Positions 39,630 through 49,673 of a DNA stretch of 64,000 bases are shown one piece after another. Below the pieces are notes generated by a model. The model had not been told where the DNA came from. It was given only the letters and a program-made list of their open reading frames with translations, and did not search any database. A program made the translations under genes and the position numbers. The first letter of the stretch is position 1, and each line of letters starts with the position of its first letter. Location of the stretch: the NCBI GenBank assembly GCA_907165135.1, contig OU015569.1:9858001-9922000 (forward strand), read 5' to 3'. The DNA comes from Oikopleura dioica. Taxonomy: Eukaryota; Animalia; Chordata.

Positions 39630-42600
39630 TCAACCTTTCGCGCTAGTCACCGAGATGGCACTCACGGACTTCATCGTGATGGCTCTATAAAAATTGCGTC
39701 AAAATCGAAATACAGTACTCAAATTTTGGCGACAGGTCTCTGCAAAGCGACTCGGGATTGAGTTCACAGGGCGCGATGTTCGTCCTTGAATTTTCGAAAA
39801 TAGAGACTCAGTAGGAAATCTGCTGCAAATGAAGGAAATGTCGCGAGCCATGGACAAACGTCACTATTTGCCCAAAGTTGCGCGTCAGGATATATCAGAA
39901 ATAAAAGTATGTTTATTTGGAAATAAAAATCTCTATTATCTTTGAAGATAGTGGGAACTGATAGAATAGAAAATGAGGTCAGATAATGGCAGAAATCCGG
40001 AAGAATGCACTCGACCAGTTGAACAGACGTATTCTGCCATCAACAACAGAAATATAAGATGCAAATCCAACAAGGTGCTTATTTAGGAAGATTCATAGCG
40101 ATGCGCTCGGCCTCGAGCCGTCTTCTCTTGGGATTCTCTCCGTACTCATCCTCAAACGCAGCAAGAATCACATTGTCGATGCGGGCAGTGTGGAAAAATC
40201 TAAACTCACACGTGAAAAAAGGCTTCCATATTTGGCATCAATCAATAAATTCCTTTTATGATGTTGCTTTTGACGAGCAGTTTACTATGAGACTTTTAGG
40301 CCAGATGTGTCATAAAAAAGTTCGCCGCGGTAATCAGCACAAGAAAGAATGAATAACTTCTACGTAAAAAGGCATTAGCAGATTCTCACGCTAGTTCACC
40401 TATTATTCAAAGCAAAAGTATTCATAACTGACCTTTTGTATTTATCCCAGACGCCTGGCGCTGGTATGAGTCGCTCCAGATCGCCTTTACGCTGCCGTTC
40501 ATATTCGCATTTCAGAATTAGGTGCTTGTGATAGTCGCTCAGGTTGTTGAGCATTGTGAGCCTCGAAGGCGCCTTTGAACTGCACAGCCATCGAGCGAAG
40601 AGTTGACGATCATGAGAACTGAGTGGGGGAGCGCTGACGACTTTGTAAGGAGTAAAACCAGTAGTATTGAAAACATCTGCAATAAGCTTTCCCTGAACGT
40701 CTCCGTAAATAACATTTTTAATTAAGATTATCACTCCAATTCGATGGATTCAATTTAATTCTAAAGAAAGGGAATGTAAAAACGCACGGGTCGAGTATTA
40801 TTTATGATAGCATATCGCACGATTATTTTTAGGCAATTTATGATTATCGTTATAATATTTTTGGAAAGAAGCCACATTTAGTTCATGCTCCCGTGACTGC
40901 TATCGAAGTAAAATCAATCAATCAAACGTACCTTTATAGTTTCATCCAACTTCGAATTAGAATGCAGAGATGGACTGACATTGACTTCAATAAGTATCAC
41001 TTTTCCTTTGCGGTCTAACATCAAGTCGAATCCGTAAAGCTCGAAGCAATTACGTTGCTTGGCGCAGTTCTTGTGAAGTTGCGTCACTATATTTTGTTCT
41101 GAAGCAATGAGTGTCTATCTGCGGTTTGAATAATCCTGGAAATCGACCGAATATCTTCTTTGGTCATTCAAATGGTGAAAAACACATGGACGATTTTAAT
41201 GTTAATTAGCATGACTTTAAATTTGAATCGTGATTAGGCGCGTTGATTTTGTTAAATGTTGTCAATTGCAAACCTATCCTTCAAAACAACATCTTTGATA
41301 TCGGCCCAAACTCTATCTTTCTGGAAGCCCAATTTCTCCAACTCAGGCCAGAGAGTTTTCAGCGACCATTTGTGTCCCGAAGTATCATTGACATCGTCGC
41401 TTGCTTGGAATTTGGCAGACTTCTTATTCACGGAGTAATTCGTAAGATGAACGAAGCGTTTCTAAGAAATAATAGCGAATAATGAGCAGAATTAGCGAGA
41501 TAATATTCATCTGCTCATAACTCCGGTGACGCACCTTTGAGTTCATCGTGTACTGATCTGTCGCGAATCGGACCAACCCGTCATCCGATATGTATGCTAT
41601 TAACGGACAGAAGCTAGAAACGAACACATAAATTCTCAAGTCCCATTTCAGCCCATTGATAAGCAGCGGGTTCTTGATGTATTTTTGGACGATGATTTGA
41701 CGGCGTTGAGGGACGGATTCCATTTTCGTAACGATCTTAAACACATTTGCTGAATTCTAAGTGAAATTAATAAATTACCTTGATTCCGATTCCACGAGCA
41801 GAAGCAGCTGGCTTCACAATAAATGTCTCGTGGCCAAAATTGTCTTTTAACAGTTTTCTATCCTTCGGTAAAATGTATGTAGTGGGGATGAAGCCGTATT
41901 CTAAAAAATATATCTCGCTTGACTAGTTTTCAATATATCTTAACCTCCATGACCAAATCTGGCAATTTGCGTTGACAACGTTCTCCACAGTCTATCTTTC
42001 CTTCCAATCGTAAAGCAACCAGGAAAATGGTTGACTTTTTGCATACTTTTCAATTTGGCATAGTTTCCGGCTTTGAGATGCTTACCCCAGTATCCAATCC
42101 AACTCTTTCCATTCTCGATTAGCTCGAATTTCGAGTTTCGGAGCACTCTTCTGATGACTTTTGGCGTGACAGAAGTATTCTTCCATTGTAATTTTGGCAT
42201 TGTCTAAATCATGTTCTAGGATGTTCTTGATTGAAGATGGAAACTTACATTTGGCGGAATTAGCGTTGGGGCGTCTTCTGATGGAAAGCGAAATCGAATT
42301 GTTGTGTTCAATTGTCTAAAGGGAGCTTTCCTGAAGAGAGGTAGAGAGACTTCCTTCGCTTTGACCGTTAGTCCATCGTAGTTATTTTCGTCGTAGTCAG
42401 AAGCAAGGGTCAAATTGGATGGCGTGGATCCAGCCTGAAGTCGATCCTCGGAGAATGCGGGCTCAGTCATCCCGTCGTTCGTACTAAAATGTCCCAGCAC
42501 TGGCGAAATATTAAAATTGGTACCAGGTTAACTCATCGTCATCATCATCAGTCAGGTCACTCCCACTGTCTGTAGTGATGTAATCGTCGTCTGAGATATT

Positions 42601-43169
42601 AGCATCTGACGGTCTGTTCCGTGATGTTTCGATACGTTCGTTTCGTATTTGTTGGGCACACTTCCATTTTGCGTCAACATTTTTGCTCTGCGTTTTGTTG
42701 ATAGAAGGGAGGTAGTAGGAGGTTGCAGACATGGAAGACGCGGGAACTCGACGGTAAACTCTTTTTGAAGGCTGAATAAATTATGTTACTTCTTTTCCAA
42801 AGCCACTCTCTCTTAAACACTACAATTTGAGGAAACTTTAGAGAACATCGAGGGCCGCTTTATTCATAGCAGTTTACCAGAATTCGCTTTGAAATGATTT
42901 CCATTATTCTGGTGTGATTTCTCGAGCTCAACTAATGTCATTATTCTTTTTATCGCGGGGATCCAATTTCTATAGAAACTCAAATTTGACCTTCCGAAAT
43001 GGGATCGTAACTCATGAATAGCTTACTGCAATCGAAAAAACAGACAACGCGTAGAGTATGATGTACTTACTTTGGTGGGGACGGTGAGAGGCTTGGGCCC
43101 AACTTTCGGAGAACTTGCAAGCAAATCCAGTTCTCTTGTTTGTTGGATAATGGGACTGACTTGAGTCAT
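39630..43169 (-). CDS. TTLL4: tubulin polyglutamylase TTLL4-like
   Basis: LQWKNTSVTP, WIGYWGKH, KVNHFPGCFTIGRKDRLWR, IVKPAASARGI, VQKYIKNPLLING.KWDLRIY, GLVRFAT, ELYGFDLMLD. Both ends approximate. Confidence 0.9.
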
Positions 43170-43588
43170 ATTCCGATGGAGGGTCAGTTTGTCCAACGCA
43201 GCTTGGATATCTAAATAGTTCAAAAATGACAGGTCTATATTTACTGTCCTATTTCCATGATTTCGATCGTATTTATGAACTAAAGAATTCGTGGAGTACT
43301 ATATCGTATTCTTGCTGTAACTATCGTACTTGATTCGCTGCTAGATTCTAATGCTAGTTCTGGATCTTTTGATGAACATTTCCCCATAGAAAAATGCTAA
43401 TGCGCTTCTTAGAACTAAACCTGATTGATGCTAAACTAAATAAATCAACTACTTCTCTAGAAAATCATTTAGAAAAATGAAAAATCATCTTCTATTTGAC
43501 GTACGCGTTCTGATTCTCTTGAAAGCATCAATTTGGCAGTCAAAAGGCGAATATTTTTTGCAATGACTTTGAAGCATAATCAAATGCG

Positions 43589-43608
43589 TTCACTAGAATT
43601 CTAGTGAA
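43589..43608. repeat. perfect 20-bp palindrome TTCACTAGAATTCTAGTGAA
   Basis: Reads identically on both strands. Confidence 0.9.
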
Positions 43609-44439
43609 GGTACTGCACATTGAGGGTCACGTAGTTTTGACAAGAAATTATTAAATGATGACTGTAAAATTCATAGGTACCTGACACTGCGGCTCTTTTG
43701 TGTGCAAGTTTGAGATGTTTCCGCGAGTTCCCTGCTCTCCCATTATGCATTGATTGTATCTGAGTTATTTAGAATGGTTGAATGAAGTTTATTCAGAAAT
43801 ATTCGAATTTTTTGTTGAAAACAGAAAACATCTCACGATCATATCTAGAATGCGATCGAGAGGAAAAAGAAGCGTGCTGGCTTAATCGGGTAAGCATCTG
43901 CGGAAAGCTCGAAATAAGTTCTTCCGGGACTTGAACTTTACGTTTACTGGTAGTCAAGCTGGATTAATATAAGTCGGTTACGCATTCAGAAAATGAAATT
44001 CTTCTTCTTACGGACATATTTCCGTGATCAAACGAAAATCTCAACTACCAGCAACTACACTACCAACTCTCAAACTACACTCTCAGCACTACGAAGCTCA
44101 CCCGATGCAACCTGCATTTGAAAAGAAGGAAGATTTTAGTTGAAAGAAAAGCATTTTTGAAACAGCTGCGCTTTACGAAGGGGAATACTGGACTTGTGTC
44201 ATGAATAGAGATGTGGGGGCAATAGGTAATTAGAGATCTTAAGGCCTTAGTCAAAAATTGCTTCAATTTAGCAGGAAAAGTGAGGAACTCTGTGTTGGAT
44301 AAAGAATAAATTTCCACGTGGAACCGACTTTGGTGGAACAATTGGAAAGATTTTATTGATGCACAAGACAAGGTGGCAAGTGCCATTGAACTCGACTTAA
44401 CGTTCAGAAATAGACGGAGTCTGTTGTACAGTTATACGT

Positions 44440-46300
44440 CTATCGCGAGGTTTTGAGATAGATTGCCGCGATAGATAGGGCAGCAGCACCAGCGAGAAGA
44501 AAGTAGTTTGGTTTTCGCAACTGAGGTTCCTGAGAAAAAATATTATTCAAAGGATCGTACTTGATAAAACTTACCGGGAGGATGATGGATTCTTCTTCCT
44601 TCTTTTTAGCGTCTTCCGCAAGCTTTTTGAGAAGATTAGTAGGTGATGGACGGGGAGTATCACAGAAGCCCTCTGGGAAGTCGAGCTTGCCAATGTTGAT
44701 CTCCCTACGTGCAGGAATGGCGTTGTCTTCGTCATCTGCATCGAGGTTTTCTTCCTTGCTATCGGATTGCAAGGTGATGCCACCTACAGAATCTTCTTCT
44801 TGGGCTTTGACGCGGGCGCAAGCTTCTTCCAAAATGCTGTTTGGAAAAGGACTAAAAATCTCTCATTGAAAATCATCAGAAAAAAAGACTAACCTTCTTT
44901 CGGAATTGCTGAATTCAGCCTCCGAGGATGATTGCATCTTGCCTTTCATGCCAATGGGATCGCTGCTCATGCTGCCTTTGATGGTTTGTTGCGTGTTGCT
45001 TCGGTTAAAAGCGATTTCTTCTTCCTCCTCGTCTTCGGTGGCGCGAGTCGCCTCGCCTTTCAAACTGTCGATCAGTTCGTTGATAAGTGACGCGTCTAAA
45101 AATAATTCCCGTGTTCTAGAAACGATCTTCGAAAATGAAATTTACCCAAAGATGAGTCGTTTGAGTCAAGATCGACAGACTCTGGCTGTGATGCAATATA
45201 AACCGGCGTTTCTGTTCCCACAGGAGAAACTACCACTGGAGAGGCAGATAGACGCTCGCAACTGATAATTTCGCTAATAATTTTATTCGGTAAGGAGGTT
45301 TACCTTGACTGCTCGCTGATCGATTCGGTGTCTGTGTTCGCACTCTGTAGCCGAAAATGATCTGGGTTGATATCAAATTGATGATATTCGGAGTGTCCTT
45401 TTTCTAGCTCTTCCAAAGTAGGAATTCGGTCGGAATAAGATTGCACAGGCGTCTAAATTCGTGTTGGAAACTGGATTTTACGGCCAAAAAGGTACTTTAT
45501 CTGTGTCAATCAGTTCTGAGGGTGGCTGGGTGTTGACGGGGGTGAGATTTTCTTCGAAAATGATTGATTCGGTGGGCATAGAAGATGTTGCAACCTGAAA
45601 TAAGATCTCAAAAGTGAAAAAAGTGATTCGGGACTTGCCTCAAACTGACTGATTGTTATAGATTCCCCAATATTCAAGTCGGGGAGATTTCGGAGATTAG
45701 TCTCTTGAACTGATGTATTTTCTCGCTCAAGGAAGGAATTCCAGCCACTTTCTTTGGCTAAAATTCTTGGTAAAGTTGGGAAAAAGGAAGATACACACCA
45801 ATAGAGGCAAAGCGGCAAGCTGCATACCAAACAGCTAGGTCAACTAAGTCATCAAGTTCATTAGCAGGAACATTTATCGATTCAACAATGGCGAGAAATA
45901 CAGAAAGACCATGCTAGAAAAAAATATGCATATTAGCGGAGGAAAAGAGAATGTACCGCATGAGTGAGCTCTTGAATCACATCATCCATGATATTTTCGA
46001 AGGATTTCCAGGTAAGTTCTTCGGCTTGTTCAAATTTCGACCTCTGCTGGTCGATAAAATCTTCTGAAAAGTCGTACTCGTCCGAAACATGTTGCCCAAC
46101 GCTGCTGATCTCGTCGAAATCATCCAGCTCGTTTGAGGCTTGGAGAGCGGCGTACTCTTTGCTCGCATAGGTAGCTTTATTCGAGTTAGTTAATTGACAG
46201 GAGTAGATTTCTCACCTATATCGTGTGTAACGGAATTAGAGAGATACGAAAGGATGAGTGTTCTCGCAGCTGCAAGTTCGTCTCGGCTCGGTTGCGCCAT
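44440..46300 (-). CDS. BCL2L13 (Bcl-rambo)-like tail-anchored Bcl-2 family protein
   Basis: Hand-spliced BH4-like RTLILSYLS, BH3-like ISSVGQHVSDEY, BH2-like IAKESGWNSFL, long acidic Ser/Pro/Glu region, C-terminal TM YFLLAGAAALSIAAIYL followed by KTSR*. Confidence 0.55.
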
Positions 46301-46937
46301 TGCGCCCGATTGCTAGCTCTCTCTTTCTTTCTACTCCAGGTCTAAAAGGCAGCGGTTAAAAGACGGTAACGGCGTTGGCCCCGCGCCAGCGTCTTTCAAA
46401 ACACAGTCAATCGTTGAAACATGGTGGGAATTGAACAAAAGAATCATTCTCTCGAAAAGGGGATGATGAGAAGGTATCTCGAATTCGGGATAGCAGAAAG
46501 CTTTCTTGGCAAATTATTAACGAGCTATTTATTATAATAACGCATAATAAAAATACCGTGTGCTAAGTGAGTAAAATCTGACCCTGGGGTAGATGGATAA
46601 AGCTCTTGAAAATAATAAAAACATTGAAACAGGGTCAATTGTAATTTGCTAACGTGATGAGTTTTCGTCAGTGCTAAAGGTCAGAAACTAATCCCGCAGC
46701 TGGATTCCCCATTTCGAACCTGACGATTTCGGAAGGCACTCGTTTTCTCTTTTTTGAACGGACAAAATCAAAATATCCTTAGTTTATTGTTTTAGCGGCA
46801 GGAACTTGGTCATGAGATGTAGCGTCTTGAGAGTCATCAAAACAGACTTTTTTGCAAATCTACGACGGGCACATTAAAAAACTCCCGTGGCAAGCACATG
46901 CACACGCGACGAGAAAAGTAGAAACAGAAAAGAAAAG

Positions 46938-49553
46938 TTAGAATTTGTTATCGCGACGGACTACTTTCGGAGAGTGATGTTGGGCACGGGAGCTTTTCTC
47001 CTGTCTTGGAGACTTTGATAGCGGCTAAATTGTTCTTTTAGACATTGTTGATTGAATTGCGCTTGGATTACCTGATTTTCTCTGGCTTCGAGACTGAATA
47101 AGGCTGCAGTTTTCGCTTCCAGGACTGAGACAGTCGTGCTTCCGTAACTCTCATCGGCCTGAATAAACTCTTACTCGAGCATTTCTTTATTTCTGATTAC
47201 GTCGGTCCAGTATCACCAAGAGGAACGACCTGGTCGCCGGAACTTTCTACATATGCTTTCTTGGAGACTTTTTCAACGTCTTTTTTATATCCTTCGAGAA
47301 ACTCTTCTGTCATCCGCAAGCTCCAGCGTTCTTTAGCGTCGGGTCGGAGCAATCCTCGCAGAAGAGAATCAAGACGAACATCGTAGATCGGTTTTGGAAG
47401 TTGGTAACAGAGTTTTTCCATCATCCCCAAATTGACATCAAAGTAGTTGATTCTTTCACCTCTTCGAGGCATCATTGGAAATTCCCCGAGTATCAGATAG
47501 TAAATGATTATTCCCACTTGCCAGGAATCAAGCATATCCGGCAGATAAGCTTCGCGTTTTAGTAATTGTGTGTCCCTTTAATCTTTATGATTCTCAATTA
47601 ATAACAAGAACCAGGTACCTAGACCATCCCCTGAGAACTTGGAGCATGTCTTCGCTGTCTGACATAAACTCATCTTCGTTGCGCATCGCAATAGAATATG
47701 GAGCAGACTTCAGTCGGACAGCAAGAGTAAAATCGCTTATTTTTACTTCATTTAGTGACCCATCTTTGAATTAATTTTAACACGAGGTAAAAATGATTTA
47801 GTCACCTATAAGTACGGAGTGGAGGTTTAGATTTCTATGGGAAATCTTTTGTTGATGGAGAAAAGTAACTGCTTTTGTAATCATAAGCATACATGGAAGC
47901 ATAGCTTTCTTTATTCGAAACGCAGAGTCTTTTCAGGAATCATTAAATGCGAAATAATGTGCGACTGTTTTAAACTATTCAAAAGTCATGTCAGCGAGAG
48001 AAAATTCAACAATCATCTCTTCATTTGGATACTCTGGAAGTTGAAGATTAAAGTCGTCCACGATACTTCGAGGGAGAAATCGTCCGCCAAGAAAATTTCT
48101 ACCTTTGAAATGTCGAATCGAAGGCTTTGGGGCTATTTTATTTAATAATCAACCTTTTTGAAAAAAATGTCCACCTGACAGAGAGATGAGAACTTGCGGA
48201 TTGATAGAATTTTCGTCGATCGGACCGAGATTCACATCCCAGCCAGATGGGGAGTCGACTGACAAGATAGGAGTGTCTGTCCAAGGAGTCTACATTATAT
48301 TCAACAACCAATTATTCGCGAAATATAAAGTCCCTTGCTCTGTTTTCGACAAATCGCTAATAATACGATCAAAAGGGGAACGAATTCCACCACTAGGATC
48401 AAAGCTGAATCCGAAAATAGAGTCCACAATTTGCGAATAGTTCTCGTACGCAGGAGGCTCATCTAGTACTCGAACTCCTGAACGGCTAGCAGCGTGAAAA
48501 AGATCTTGGTAGACTTGTTTCGCTGGTCTAATAAAAGAAAAATAAATGTCTTGGTTTGTCCAGAATATTGTACTGTTTAGGATATAGTAAGTCTGTTTGT
48601 CGTCCCATTTGAACCAAATGTCTAGCAGCAACTAGCCCGTCGCCACCGTTATTTCCAGGCCCAGCTTTCCGAGCTCACATATGGAAGAACCCGTGAATTT
48701 CACACCATCACAGTATGAAATTTACATGAACTCTGCCTATGACAAGAATACGTCCGGGAACGGATGTTCTCACAGCACATATGGCTACAGCCTCGCGACA
48801 CGTATCAACATAAAATATAGATCTATCCGATGACGCAATGAAATCAGCATGATGGACGCGCAAAGAGTTCAAAAAATGAACTTTTAAATTCTCATACTCG
48901 AAGGCTCACAATGTTGATACGCTAACTGACCAGCAAGCTCCATCAGAGCTTCCAGGGAAAATTTATATTCATTAAAGAGGCACTGATCAAGTTTATAGGC
49001 TGCCTCAGCTGTAATGGCTCTTATGAGTTTCCGGGAAGGATTCATTTAAGTCAGTCTGAAAGGGAAAAAAAGAAAATTAAGTGATTCCGATTCCTTTAGG
49101 GTCGTTGAGTCTTTTACAGGTAGATATCAAATTGTAGTATACATCAAGGGTCTTGTACTGTGAAATAGGGCCGAGTTTGTTGCGTGGTAGGTGGATGGCT
49201 TCCAAAACTACGATGAGCTCGTTCTCTTCTTTATAAACTTCGATTAGCCTTTGAAATCTGGAATCACCAAGTGAAAGTGCTATTAAATTAGTTCAACAGC
49301 ATATAGCTGGATTAAGGGGGTCCGAGTGGTTTCTTAAAAAAACTGAAGCACCTATGCCTACAAGCTCCTGCAGTATGGAGGCCTCATTGATAAGTGCCTG
49401 GTTGCCTTTAACCCTTGCATCGGACTTGCCGCTGGTTTTCACTTTTCTGGCTTCGAAGTTTTGATGAGACGTTATTGATCGAACAAAGCATGTCGAGATG
49501 GTAAAATTTTTGAAAACAAGCTCCGACAATTGATCGCTGAACTGATATGTCAT
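46938..49553 (-). CDS. CAMK-like pseudokinase whose second intron contains NAXE
   Basis: Exons 49553-49352 ([20 protein letters not shown]), 49279-49118 ([17 protein letters not shown]), 47928-47806 ([23 protein letters not shown]), 47763-47619 (VKISDFTLA), then [31 protein letters not shown]. Short introns are GT-AG and phase-compatible. Confidence 0.8.
47910..47915 (-). terminator. AATAAA, first poly(A) signal downstream of the NAXE stop; lies inside pseudokinase exon 3
   Basis: No AATAAA in the 46 nt between the NAXE stop (47975) and the kinase acceptor (47929); the first one is at 47915-47910. Confidence 0.45.
47975..49045 (-). CDS. NAXE: NAD(P)H-hydrate epimerase (YjeF_N, AIBP)
   Basis: [86 protein letters not shown]. 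No obvious mitochondrial presequence; exon 2 boundary not resolved. Confidence 0.95.
49056..49077 (-). promoter_or_regulatory. strong 3' acceptor (polypyrimidine tract + CAG) 10 nt upstream of the NAXE ATG; candidate SL trans-splice site
   Basis: TTTTCTTTTTTTCCCTTTCAG|ACTGACTTAAATG on the minus strand. Confidence 0.5.
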
Positions 49554-49673
49554 CTAAAAAAGGCATTTCAAAAAAGAGTCCATATGAATGTAGCAATGAA
49601 TTGTTATCTGTGTTAAAGTAATGAAAAAGAAGAAAATGAATAATGAGACATAAGTTGGACAATAATGAAGATT

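Noticed and set aside
43700-44386. Short exon-like segments and ORF 44075-44386
   Set aside because: No consistent splice model or recognisable motif on either strand.
46660-46735. GGTTCGAA (B-box-like) motif within a short inverted repeat
   Set aside because: No cloverleaf, A-box or acceptor stem; not a tRNA.
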